Origin: Curvularia clavata
Taxonomy: Eukaryota
DNA length: 64,000 nt
Direction of reading: 5' to 3'
Assembly: GCA_023920165.1 (NCBI GenBank)
Contig: CP089281.1
Coordinates: forward strand, 620,001 to 684,000
Every line of letters begins with the position of its first letter. Within the stretch, counting starts at the first letter, position 1. Shown here in pieces: positions 25,150-41,221 of the stretch. A program made the position numbers and the translations under genes. The notes below the pieces were generated by a model. The model searched no databases. It was not told the DNA's origin and saw only the letters and a program-made list of their open reading frames with translations.

Positions 25150-26814
25150 CCGCTAGGGAAGACATGTCACCTCGAACACCAGAAAAGAAAGTCATTTACG
25201 TCGCTCAAACGCCAGCTGAAGATAGCTGTGCCGCCCAGCCGCCCAGCCGTTCGGCGCCTCATGGATGCCATGTCTTTGATTCGAGTCGAGATTGCGCGGA
25301 CAAGGTATGTCTCAGTATGGATGGTGGTGAAATTTTGCACGTGAGATGAAGCTTGATAAGCCACACTCGCGGGAGCAGCAGCGAAGTATGCACCAGCCAC
25401 ACCTGCTCTAGCCACAGGATTAGTCATCAGTGATGTGCCCAACTCTTGGCGGCGGCTCCACAGGCCAAGGACCCACCCTCTCTCTTGTCAACTTTTTTTT
25501 TGGACTTGGGTTTACCATACTGGAGATGTGACGTCTCAACAGCACAACCACAGTCGGGTTTGGTGCCGGGAACACGTGGACGGCGTAGCAGCACGTTGCA
25601 GTGCTATCCAGAGTCGCCATGTCTTTGGTCCGGGTGCCCGCGCACTAGTGGTACATAGATGTTGCTCTGGAACATGCGGGTTTCTCCTCACGACGGTGTT
25701 TAGGTGCAGACGCAAGACAGGTGGGTGCTGGCCGCTGTCAGTGTTTTTGGCTTAGATGGGCATCCTGATGGAAGGGGGGGTCCTCTTTTTATTTTTCTAC
25801 GTGGCAGTCAGGTTTTGTTTTTCCTGACGCTCCATTGACAAGAATAAAAAGGGCGGAATCTGGCGGCTGGAGGTGGAGGTAGGGGTGGGGGTGGTTTGAG
25901 GTCTGGCGCCATGGGAAGATATTGAGGGTACACCATGTGCATGCACGTCGGGCCCAGGTCGGCCTATCAGCAGCTGGAATGTACAGGGTACATCACACCA
26001 CTCAGAGGCAAGGTGAAGTAGCAGTTTTAGAAGCTGGGGACGGACTGCGGGGTTTTTGGGGCGGTTACAGGCTGAGTACCAATTGGAGCCGAGCGGCACT
26101 TGGGCGGCGATGGCAGGATAGAAGATGGGGTCGAGGCGATCGTGCAAGGCGATTGTCAATGCACAGTGTAGGCAGTAGCTCATCGAAAAGTTAATCCCCA
26201 TCGGCGGTACACGAAACCGGTTTGTGATTTGCGACATGGCCACAGGCATGCGATGCGACGGCTTGCACGGACAGTTGTGGGGTACGTTACTGCAGTGCTT
26301 GGCGGCATGATGAATCGATGATGTACCAAAGTACCCGTATTGCTGCTGCCGTGTGCTCTGCTGATGGCATGCCATGGCAGGCCGGGTGCCATGGCAGCAA
26401 CACGGAGGCCGCCCATGGCTCGCCCAATGGGTTCCCAACGTGTCAACGGTGGCTAGCCAGAGAGGAGCGTCTTTGACAGCCAGTCAGCCACGAGCGGACG
26501 AGACGGTAGACGCGCAAGGCTGGTGTTCGCGCATCCCTGTACGCTTAGCCTACCCAGAGCGGGAGCCAATGGTAGCGCCCCACCGTGAGGGGCTATGACG
26601 TATCGACTCCCGATCAGGACAGCTCCTGCCGCAGCTTCACCAGGTGACCGTGTAGCTGCCTGTCGTCTCCTCTTTATAACTGCTCCTCGTCTCACGGCAG
26701 CCCTCCGCTTCCAGTCTCTTCTCTCCATCGACTGACTTCCAGCACCTCTACGCTGCTGTGAACTTGTCCAATCCTCGTCAATTCCAATCTCACCGACCGA
26801 CAAACACCGTCGCC

Positions 26815-27846
26815 ATGATCGTCGACAAGTTTGAGGAAATTATGAAGACGGCGCTGCCAACGGCCACCGCTTCGGTTGCGCCCATTCCCACTGTGATTCC
26901 CGGCAGCGAGCCCGTCTACCAGGTTGCCAGTGATGCCGGACACAAGACCCTCTGGGTTGTCTTCGTGATCATGCTGATTGCCTCTGGTGCTTTCACCGTC
27001 ATGTCATGGAACGTTCCCTTGGTACGTTGAAATGCAGCCAGAACCGCCTCATGCGGCGTCGGTTGACATGGCTAACACACATTCAGAACAAGCGTCTCTA
27101 CCATGTCGTTACCACCATCATCACCCTGACCGCTGCTCTGTCCTACTTCGCCATGGCCACTGCCCACGGTGTTGCCCTGACCAAGATTGTCGAGCGCGAG
27201 CAGCATGAGCACGTTCCTGACACCTTCACCACCACCTACCGTGAGGTCTACTGGGCCCGCTACGTCGACTGGACCATCACCACTCCTCTCCTGCTCCTTG
27301 ACCTTGGTCTCCTTGCTGGCATGGCCGGTGGCCACCTCATCATGATGATTGTCGCCGATGTCATCATGGTCCTCACTGGTCTCTTTGCTGCCTTTGGCAC
27401 CGAGGATACTCCTCAGAAGTGGGGCTGGTACACCATCTCCTGCGTTGCCTTCATCTTCGTCTTCTGGCACCTTGGCCTCAACGGTGGCGCCAACGCCAAC
27501 GCCAAGGGAGAGAAGCTCCGCTCCTTCTTCGTCTCCATTGCTGCCTACACCCTCATCCTCTGGACTGCCTACCCCATGTAAGTTTCTACTTGACCCTCAA
27601 CCATGCGAGTCTTCCCTAACCTTGTACAGTGTCTGGGGTATTGCCGACGGTGCCCGCAAGGTCAGCGTTGACACTGAGATCATTGCCTACGCCGTTCTCG
27701 ACGTCCTAGCCAAGGCTGTCTTCGGTGCCTGGCTCCTCATTGTCCACGCCAACATGCGCGAGAGCGATGCTGAGCTCAACGGCTTCTGGGCCAACGGCCT
27801 CAGCCGCGAGGGTGCTATCCGCATTGGTGAGGACGACGGTGCTTAA
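26815..27846 (+). CDS. ops1: Fungal microbial rhodopsin (opsin), Leptosphaeria-rhodopsin/NOP-1 clade, predicted proton pump; introns 27022-27086 and 27578-27629
   Basis: Seven TM helices. Helix C RYVDWTITTPLLLLD gives the D-T-D motif (BR D85/T89/D96), and helix G LDVLAK carries the retinal Lys. C-terminus NGFWANGLSREGAIRIGEDDGA closely matches Leptosphaeria rhodopsin. Confidence 0.96.
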
Positions 27847-28821
27847 ACGCATACTGCCAACACGACGGTACTCGAGCAATCCTCAGGGTTGCCCTGACAA
27901 GCAAGGTTCACCTCAGTGCAAGCACACGAGGACCTGAACCAATGGGCGACGAAAAAAAAAATGCAATGATGCAGGTCTCTTAGCATTCTTCTTGATAGCA
28001 TCTCCCTTCAGTAGTCGAGCCTTTCAATGGAGTTGAGGCTTGTGAATAATCACGGGATGGGCAGTTCATAGTATAGTTTATCCATACTTAATGAGAAAAT
28101 GATTGGTTCCGACATGTTCTCTTGGCTCCGTCTCAACTTGCCGCTGACCTGACTGCCGCGGTTCATGTTGTAACAAGCTTACGCCCGTGTATGCATAAGC
28201 AACTGCCCTCTGTACCAGGTATTCATTTCTTTTCTAGTTGGCTCAGCCTGTCTATGCGGAGAGAAGTATTCTATTGTTGGCGTTGAAACGGTTCGAAACG
28301 ACGTGCTTGTTGTAGGTGCTAGCTAGCCTGTTACATGTGCTACCCGCATAATGGGGGTTGATCTCAGCCTGTCCCCAAACCTGCTGCCGATCCATGCGCA
28401 GATTACGCCTCCGCCTTGAAAGCAACGCAAAAGCCGCATGCAATCGTCATTATTCGGCGCACGGTCACGGCCGGAGTCAGTCACTGTGTAGATCACGTTG
28501 GTGGTGCAAATGGCACCACGGTGGTCTCACTCGACGCAAGATGACGGCGGGCGCCTGACCCTGGAAGTTGGGCATGGTGTGCATGCAGGGGTCAAGCAGC
28601 TGGCTGCCCCGCAACCAAGGCCGCGGGCAACAAGCTACCTCTCCCCTCTTTTGTTTGGCCTGGGAGCTCCCTTTTAAAGTACCCCGGCACCTGCAATACT
28701 TCTACCTACTTACATTTGCCTCCTCCGTCCACTGCCGCTTTATTCACGGCTACAAACACTAGCTTAACCATAACTCTCAACCATCTCAAATCGCTAACCA
28801 ACCCCTCCTTTCATCACCATC

Positions 28822-29335
28822 ATGGCATCCGAGAACACTGACATTATCGACGAGACTCCCATCTCGCCTGTTCGCTCCTCGGAAAGGCGCAACAGTCTAG
28901 AGAAGCACCTGCAGCACCGCCCTGAACCTCAAGATCTAAAGAACAGGCACATCTTGCTCGACACCACTACCGCTCCGTATGTCTCTCTCCCTTGCTTCAC
29001 CTATGGAAGCTCCGATACATGCAACTTCCATATAGCTAACATGCGCACCCTCTATCAGCGCTCTCCAGGCCAAAGCTCTCGAGCTTGAGCGACAGCGCGC
29101 AACCGACAACCTCAAGAAGGGTCTCAGCAGCCGTCCCGATCGAGCCGAGCTGGTCGACCGCAACATCCTGCCAAACTCGACAGCAGCGCCTGCCCTGCAA
29201 GGCCACCAGAAGGAGCTGGATATGCACATGCGAGCTGACAGTCTTGAAAAGGGCCTACAGAATAGGCCGAGTCCGGAAGAGTTGGTCAAGAAGGGTATCC
29301 TTGAGGAGAATGAGAATCCTATCAAGGATGCCTGA
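28822..29335 (+). CDS. RPEL-repeat protein (3 repeats); intron 28977-29058
   Basis: LEKHLQHRPEPQDLKNRHIL, LKKGLSSRPDRAELVDRNIL and LEKGLQNRPSPEELVKKGIL. Canonical GTATGT..GCTAAC..CAG intron. Confidence 0.9.
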
Positions 29336-29731
29336 ATGCTGCTGATGAACAAATCTCCTTGATTCCTCCTCTCTCTCTCCTCTCACGGTATCATGTCACT
29401 TGGCGTTAATGAATCTTTTTTTCCATGTTTGAAAACATGATGTCCAGCTTGATTTCATCATACTATATGTACAGCTGACGTGGACACGCGTGTACTATGA
29501 CAAAAAAACCCTTTTTCCTTCGTTGGATTTAAGTCTGCTGAATGTCTCACACAGATCACGTCAAAGCATAATCAATGCAACACATGCAACATGAAACAGA
29601 GTGTGCAAGGAGCGAGACGAAGCTCATGACTTCATTACAACATTCTGACTGCGCTAACTTGTGATAAGCAAATAAATGCCTCAAACGTGCAGAGCACAAC
29701 TATTGATAAACATCAGTCCTGCCGTATCCAT

Positions 29732-31479
29732 CTATCGCTGGACCTTCTCCTCATGAACGACAGTAGTGCCCTTGTCTATTGAGCCATGCACACTGCGCTC
29801 GCCATCAGCCTGGATATTCTTAACAAGCTCCGTCACACCAAACAGATCATCCATCTTCTCGAGCGACAATCCCTTGGTTTCTGGAACAAAGAACCATACG
29901 AAGAAGAACATGGTGAAGCAAAAGGATCCGTAGAGAAGGAAGCAACTACAACTTGGTTAGCACACGAATCATCTCTAAGGAACAGGCACAAGACATACCC
30001 ATAACCACCCTCGCCCATGGTAGCAATCATGTTTGGCGTAGCACGAGCAACGACAAAGTTGAACAGCCACTGAACAGCCGCCGCAATAGCCACATTAAGC
30101 GATCGGAGGCGAGCAGTAGGAATTTCTGAAACGTAAATCCAGCACACGGGACCCCATCCAAACTGGAAGAAGCAGGCGTATAGGAAGACGCAGACAAGCG
30201 CAAAGTATCCAGCTCCCGGTACCGGCTGGCCAGAAACAGGCGGATCGATGCGCATGTAAAGGCCAATGTAGAACATAGCCATACCCTGGGCGATGGAAGT
30301 CCAGAGGAGCGAGCGGCGACGACCGAGTGAGTCGGCAGCAAAGATGAGGAAAGCAAGGCAGCCGACCATCTTGACGATACCGTAGATTCCGGTTGCAAAG
30401 AGTTTGTTCTCATTGCCTTCGAGACCGAGCGCTTTGAAGATTTGTGGCGCGTAGTAATTAATTGCATTTGTACCAGTCATTTGTTGACAGACCATTAGCA
30501 ATATAGAGATGATGGCGCGCTTGCGGTTACCGGGAATGGTGAACATTTCCTTGAGGAGATCCTTCATACCAGCACCAGCGATCAGGAGACGCTCGTGCTC
30601 CAACTGGTCAGAAATATCCTTGATCTCGTCCTGGACATAAGGGTGTGACTGAGGCAGATTACGAACGCGGGCCAGGACGCTGGTAGCCTCCTCCCATCTA
30701 TCTTGCTTGGCGAGGTAGCGGGGTGATTCCTTGTTCAAAGCCATGCAGCCGACGAGGAGAACGGCAGGAAGCGCTTGCATAGCGAGAGGAACGATGTACA
30801 CTTGGTCACCGCCAGACAGGTGCAGTAGAGATCCGTAGTTGACCCAGAAAGCGAGCGAGATTCCAGTGGCGATGAAGAGCTGGTAGAGACCGGTGAGACC
30901 ACCACGGATACCACGAGGAGCGTTTTCGGAAATGTACAGAGGGACAACCATGGAGGCACCTCCTACACCGACACCAGCGATAAAGCGACCAACGTACATG
31001 GCGGCGAGAGATCCGGAGGCAACGGCTTGAACGACGCAACCGACTATGGTGATGAGACCTGCTATCTGGAGTGCAAGCTTGCGGCCCCAACGGTCAGCAG
31101 CCCAAGAAGCTAAGAAGCAACCGAGGAAACATCCAGCCTGAAGAGTCGAAGCAATGTTGGCGCTCAAGTTGGCCTTGCCGACCTTATCCAGACCCTCGAT
31201 CTTGTATTTGCTGTTCATCTACGTTAGCTCTCTGACAACGTTACGGAGTATAGCAATGAGGTAAGTATCAACATACTGTTGGAACTCCTTGAGTTCAAGA
31301 ACACCACCAATAGTTCCAATATCAAACCCAAACAACATGCCACCGAAGCAGGCAGAACCTGCCATAGCAAAGGCACGCCATCCGTAAATCTGATGCGGAT
31401 CAGACTTAACCGAGTCGTTCTTGACAATCATGCGGATAAACTTGGCACCCGCCGACGGGGCGGTGGCGGAAGAGTCCAT
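29732..31479 (-). CDS. MFS sugar porter, quinate-permease/uronate-transporter-like; introns 31211-31276 and 29946-29998
   Basis: [60 protein letters not shown] and VPETKG sugar-porter signatures. Confidence 0.92.
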
Positions 31480-33709
31480 GGTGGATGGATGGGGTTACGA
31501 AGCGATGGTTCGATTGGAGTCGGTGGTGATATACGTCCTTTTACATTTGATCGTCAGTACGCAGAAATTACACGGTTCATCACCGCGTGGCGTAGGCTGG
31601 CAGGGAACGCATACCTTGGCAGTGTCAAGTAAAACACCACGACAGGGGGTGGGACACAGATGGGGAGTCAGTGTCGAACCTGGTATGTACAACGAAGCTT
31701 TGGTCCAGCTGATCCTGGCAGAGTAATACCAGACAGAGCTCAAAAGGGGAGAGGGAAACTTGGAGAAGGATATTAAGAAAAATTCCCCGCAAGTCTGCGT
31801 TCAGAGAAAAACATCAACCCTGGTGCATGGGCTGGCTATATAAACCACAGCGCTCAGCACAAGACCAGCCCGGTCCATGCGCATCTACATATTCAAACGC
31901 CGCGCGGGCTTTGCATCATAATCCGTCTATTTTCCCATCCAGAAGGAAGCGAGACAGCGCAGCAACCCATCAGCGATTCGTACATCACACCCCAGATCGC
32001 CTGTTTGCCTCCTCATCCTTCTCACGCTACCTCCAGCGCCTCGGACCTCCAGGCTCGGGTTTCTCCCCCCTCCTATCGTTTCCCCCACAATTGGCGCCAA
32101 ATCCGAGCTCACCTCCACCCGTCCGACACATCCATAAGATGCGAGCCCAGGCCAAGCCCAAGCTAAATGACCAGAAGGCTCAAAGGCGCGTTTCTTGGCT
32201 CTCTGGGTATCCCGTCCCGGCGAATAAGCTTGAGCTGAGGCGCGCAACGGGCACCCAATTGGAACAGAGTTTCCTGGGATCTTGGTTAAGATTCTTGGCG
32301 CCGGCGGACTGCGCGCAGCGGGATTAGTGGGAGAAGTCTGTGTCCGTCTTGGAAGTGCCGAGAAGAGTCAAATGTCCCTCCATATTCCGTCCAGTCGTGA
32401 GGTCTAGTTAGATGCCACTTCCCGTCTCCACGGGACGCTTGTAGCATGGTTCACAACGGTTTTTGGTGATTTTGCCAAGGGAGGTCGTTATTGGTGTTTT
32501 TTCTTTTACTGAAGTTGCAGTATCCAGACTTACGAGGATCAAAATCTGGGGATGGTGGGGGGCAAGAGCTAGCCTTTTCTCCACGGATCTGAGAAGCTGG
32601 GGTGTGGAGGCTTGCATGCGGTTGTTGCCCCACTCTTTGCTGCGCTGAGCTGGGACATCATGTCCTGCACAAGGCGCTACGGTTGTTGTGGCTATTTATC
32701 CGCGTATGAGAGGCCTTGAAGTCGTCGGAGCAATGGATGGCCCGTGGTCATGCCAACGCGTGATGGGCTCGTAAGTAATGAATGGTGGGGGTCTGTGGAG
32801 AAGAGACGTTGCTAGATGCCCAAATGAGGCCGCAAAGCAGACAGCGGGGTACTTTTTGATGCTGTAATATTGTAAGATATGTATCAAAACGGTGTTATCG
32901 TAGACAAGTGGGTGTTTCTGCCAAGACAACAGTGGATGAAGTGCCTGATGGTTGACTAGTAAGCATCGTCTTACCGCAAAAGTCAATGGAACAGATTTAA
33001 CATTCGTTATTTAATCCTGCGCACTCGTCAGCGCTAGCCCATTCTATTGGTTTAGGTCCTAGGCTCACTACAGAAACACACATTCGGTACATGAGCGATA
33101 CCACCATTGTCTTTTCCGGCTGTTTAGGCAAAAATAAGAGGGTCTTCGTGATAATGTTCGCACGAGTTTCCCGAGGTCACCTCTTCCAGCCTACGTACAC
33201 CACGTAAGTCATGACTGTAAATACTGCCGCTGCTGCTGCTCTCCCAAAGCACTTCTGCATAAAAGTCCTCTAAACCTCCCACAATCACAATACCGTGCTT
33301 TGCGGCTCGTGCCACCCTTTTCCCTATTACCGGCTGCGTCTAGAACAAGCTTTGTTGCCCTAGCGCGTTCAATTGGCTGCTCGCACACATTTTACCGCCT
33401 TGGTGTTCTGGGCTCCTGGGCATTGCGGCTGCGCTCACCACGCTGCCAACTCAGTAATCAGCACAGTTCGCAGCAAGAACATTTGCAGAGACAAGAGCAT
33501 CAGACGACTGGCATCTGAGTCAAGTGTATCACCTTGGATCCGTGCAAACGAAAAGATAGGGTCAGAGACAGATTCTACGTGGTACAACTCACCGTTGCTC
33601 TCGTCCAAGCCATCGCAGGGACTCTAAGCTATCTAGACTCCAGGCCAACCAACAGTGTCAGCCACTGATAGAAGCGGGGAAGTGAAAGGAAAAAGAAAGA
33701 CCGTGCTAG

Positions 33710-35794
<2,085 letters not shown>

Positions 35795-36428
35795 ATAAGA
35801 AAAAGGGTGGTGGTAGTGAGTCACTTGGCAGGGCTGGTTTCTTCTCGGTCATAGCGAATGGTATTAAGCACTGCCTGCCTGAGCAAGGCGGCTAATGTCG
35901 GTGTGGCGTTGACGTTGGCAGGCCAGTGATCTGGCTCCGTTATTTATGGTGATAGCACAAGTCGGGAGGTGAGAGGTGAGAGGCCGAATAGGCGCCACCC
36001 GTCGTGGTCTTGACTCTCTCTGCCCCACCAACCCCAGTCGCGTTCCGTGGATTCGAGTCGTACAAGCGTAAAGTCTCGACAAGCGCCCGCCCAAGATTCA
36101 TCGTCGTCGCTGCTGTTGCTGCCCATCTCTCCTTCAACCACCACCACCTCTTCTCCTCCTGCGCACCTAGCACGTCGTCAAAACGGCGCCTCCAGCCCCA
36201 GCCCCCGCCATCAACGCCGCTCGTCCTCCTTCTCCTCTACGCATCGCTAGCCAACTCACAACCGCTTCATCCATCCTCTGGGACCCCAAATTCACATCGC
36301 GAGCGCCCCCGGGCAGCCTCAAGCCAGTCCACGCAGGCACACTCGTTGCCCCGCAGCGCACCGACTCATCCATCAGCGTCCGCAACCTCGGCGACAGCGA
36401 CACCAACACAGCGCCCCTTGTACCCACC

Positions 36429-37475
<1,047 letters not shown>

Positions 37476-40400
37476 CAGCAAGGCATACTTACAAACGTCC
37501 CGTATCCTTTTCTATTCCCGCAGGCACCTCCAGGCACACACGCACAGCAAGTACAGACGGGTGGTTACAACGCAATGCAAGGGATAGGTTACAACCAGAT
37601 GCCCCAGTATCAAGCTCCACAAAACGCACACCATCAAGACCGTATCCACTACCACGCCTCGGAACCCGTATTTCGCCACGATGGTGAGCTTCATGTGTGG
37701 AATGGCCATTCTTATTCCAAGCCATCTATTCCAAAACTGGAGTAGCCCTTGATGGACCGAGGGACTCCCTAGATTTGGTATCACGATAGGTTCATACCTT
37801 GTTGGTTTGCACAGGCGCTCTGTAGCACGGCACCAGATTCTGCAGGGACATGCTTCCATTGCTGATAATGAACATTGTCTTGGTGTACACCAGTTCCATT
37901 CAGCGTCGCTGATCTTAATCCATAATTGCTGCTTGCTCTCTGGTTGAAATGTTTATGCCTAATGAAGATGGATGCTTTATTGCTTTCACTCCTGCGTCGT
38001 GGGGGGTACATATATGCTTTGATACTATTTAAGTCTGTACAATTTCAATTCTTGCTCTATCTCTATCGTAGGAAACACAACATCGAGCTACTTCGGAGGG
38101 TGTGCGGCCGCCCCATTTTCATGCTTTCCTCTGTCATCTTTCGCTGCTTTACTGAACAACAGGTGGACCATAGCAATGTCTGATACTTGAGCCATGAAAA
38201 AGGATACTCCTACTCTGTACTACGGTGCCTACTTATACATAGCAAAATAAGAGTTAAGGTAGCCTTCTGTTCCTCTGAAGAAAATGCATTCGCCGCCTAA
38301 AGTATGTTTTCATCACTCTACTTGTTGACAGTTAATTTAATCAGTCTGCCTCTATAACCTTGATTCTGTGACTTTACAGCCACTAGTATTTCAGATGAGA
38401 TCAAATCAAGTAAAACAGTCGAGTCAAACATCTGATTGACAAACTGATAATCCCCGAGACCGTCTACTCTCTCGTCGAAAACACTTCAAGCGGATCATAC
38501 GTACGTAGTCTTTTTTAAAAAAAAAAATAGAGCCGAATGCAGTAAAATGCCAAAGCAATCATCTATCGAAGAGATCCACTCGTTACCAAAACATCATTCT
38601 GTTGTACCAAATGTATTCCTCATTTAACCTCCGTACTTGAGATTCCATACCCAATACAACGTCACTTGCATCCTCTACTATCACTTTATTCCCACTACCA
38701 AGCGCAGAAACCTACCGACCCAAACTAATTATAGGCCAAACCAAAGGCCTCGGATAAAATCTTAGGTTTTTTGTAACGATGAACATATGTACAAGATCGG
38801 GTATTGTCTTGGTATCCAAGTTCTTCCCATTCGCTGCCTTCTTCCTGTCTTACAAGCGAATGTCTGAATATCGAGTAGAAGATGCAGAAGTACCTGAGAA
38901 ACGACAGAAATATTGTACATGTAAACCTGGAAGCGTTTGTACGTATGGATTCGATGTAGGAACAGGAAGATGTGACGGAATGACGGTGCATTTGTCGTGG
39001 TGAAGAGACTTGCTCATTACGTTACCTCAGGAATATGCTACATGTTTGAATTAATGAAATTTAGAGAATCACTCAGGAATCAGTCGATCGAATCAATTGA
39101 CTAAATCAACTCCAAAAGTGCCTACCTATCGATCCTTTCAATATTGAAGTCCCGGACTGATCGAGGCGGTTGTTCCCACATCTAATGATAAGCGAGCAAC
39201 CAGTGCGAATGAATTACAGCAAACACCATACAACCCCGCTTGAATACGATTAAGTTACTGTTGTTCCATCTGCTCAATCTCATAATACTATTACTTGACG
39301 TCTGTTACATACCAGAAACCTAGTATCCGAGTAGCAGGCTTTTGCAAAAACGCCTACTCGTACTTCTGTAGAACAACTTACCGTTGTATCTCTATCTCAA
39401 CAGATGGACTTGAAAAGCACCAGACAGTCTACGCAGTACCGTATTTCGCATCCTGTACCTACCCAGGAAATACAAAAATGTCTGAGCATTGTTATCTAGG
39501 CATTGAGTTTCCCATCCAAACTTCCTATCCAACCCCTACGCTCCGCTCAATTCTATCCACCTTAGTTTCCAAAAGCAGCCACCAACACATGCACGTCACC
39601 GATCTCAATGCCGGCTTTCAATGCTATGCTCTTCCTTGCTCAATCCTACACTCCTACAGCAAGCCATGGTGTTAGTCTTGGGGAATAAAGAGTTGGAGGC
39701 GCATCAGGTGATTTTCTCCGCTTTGGGGCGAATAGCGGTGGCTATTTATTTCAGCTGTTCTTGGCAGACACGCCACGCAGATTGTTCTAGATTCAGCCGG
39801 AGAGGGAGCAATGTGAAAGATGTTTGGTTTGATAGAGGGGTTGGAGGAATGGTGAAGTAAGAGTTTTATTTTTTTATGTAAGGGGAAAAAAGGAGGAGGA
39901 ATCAGGTTGTGTGCTAATGGTAGTATGATGACAAGAGGACTAAATGGTAAGACAGACACATGACAAAGACTACTAGTAGATTACTGCACGATAGTAGTCA
40001 TGGCTTGTAAGAGTTTACGAGGCAAGACGCTACTTTTGTTAGTATTTTATGTACATGTAACTAGAATACGAATACTGCGCTGCTCTTCTGCATACTCAGA
40101 AATTCGATTCACATTACTGAATAGAGCAAATATGACTGGCTACCATCGAGATCAGCCACAATAAACACCGAATCAAGATGCAACGACGCAAGCAGTTCCT
40201 GCACGCGTCCGCGGGTATCGAGCCTCTACCAAAAAAGCAAACCGAATCTCAGCATGGCTGGCAGCTCCCTTCTGCCGCACTAACGGACCGAGAAGCACAC
40301 TGCAGTAACATGTGGCAAGCCAAGCCGGCCATAGTGATCAACGTAATGCCCCTCAGACGGGAGGCTTGCAGGACACGCACGATGCAAGTGAGCTTGCGCT

Positions 40401-40695
40401 TGTGCATGACTCTGTGTCCGAGAAAAGAACCCACTGAAATCATGAGATGTGTGCAACAGTGATCAGCGAAACCCATATCCACCTCAAACGCCACCGTCGC
40501 TTACCGTGGAGCCCGGAGTCGTGCGGAAGGTTGAGCAGAAACTGTTTACGAGAAACAGACCTGATACTTGGGTTTGCATGACGTCTCCAATCTTAACACA
40601 CAACTCGATAGTGAGGACGGCGAGCAGACTGCCAAAAGACGGCGAGGACGGGCACCCCGGATCTAAGCGAACATTGGTAGTAGCATCCTAGATCG

Positions 40696-41221
40696 ATTGG
40701 TTCCGCGTACGCATGATCCTATTCCAGTCGGTGAGCGCCCCGGAGGCGGACGATCCATGCGCATTAGTGGTGCCAGAGCCCTCAGAGTATCCTGCCAATA
40801 GGCCTAGAATGCTGCGTGATTGATCAGTTTTGACTATTCTGAGCGGCTACGCGCCCGCACCGGTCGACTCTCGACCGGTGAGCATTCTTTGCGTTGTTTG
40901 CATGCGTCGGTATGGACCAAAAGCCAACAATTGATTGCCCAGAAAAACAAATATCATTATAATGGGATGCAGCGTGGCAGGTTCCGAATCAGCGTCACGA
41001 CATGTTGGATTACGACTCCGAATGGTTCGCCAAGTGTGCGGCCTTGCAGCGGCGACGGTCCCGCGGCAAAAGGAGACGAGACAAGCAGATACGGACGGGG
41101 TGTAGCATGCAAGCCGCACACTTGCGTGAGGAATGAGGGGGGGTGGCATAGTAGAAGCGGGAGAGCGATAGAGAGAGAATGGCAGGTGGCTCGGTAGTAG
41201 CAGTGTCCGAACGGAACCAAT
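40696..41221. repeat. Cluster of inverted repeats/hairpins in an ORF-less interval
   Basis: 10-bp perfect stem 40858-40867/40871-40880; 17-bp stem with one bulge 41031-41048/41108-41124; 10-bp perfect IR 40696-40705/41212-41221 enclosing both. Confidence 0.7.

Noticed and set aside
25800..26800. White-collar light-response elements in the opsin promoter
   Set aside because: Only scattered CGAT/GATC 4-5-mers, not distinguishable from background.
38200..40100. RIP-degraded transposon
   Set aside because: AT-richer than its surroundings, but no terminal repeats, transposase/RT remnants or obvious extreme TpA bias by eye.
40600..40690. HDV-like ribozyme (TCCTCGC loop on the minus strand)
   Set aside because: P3 and P1 pairings cannot be completed.
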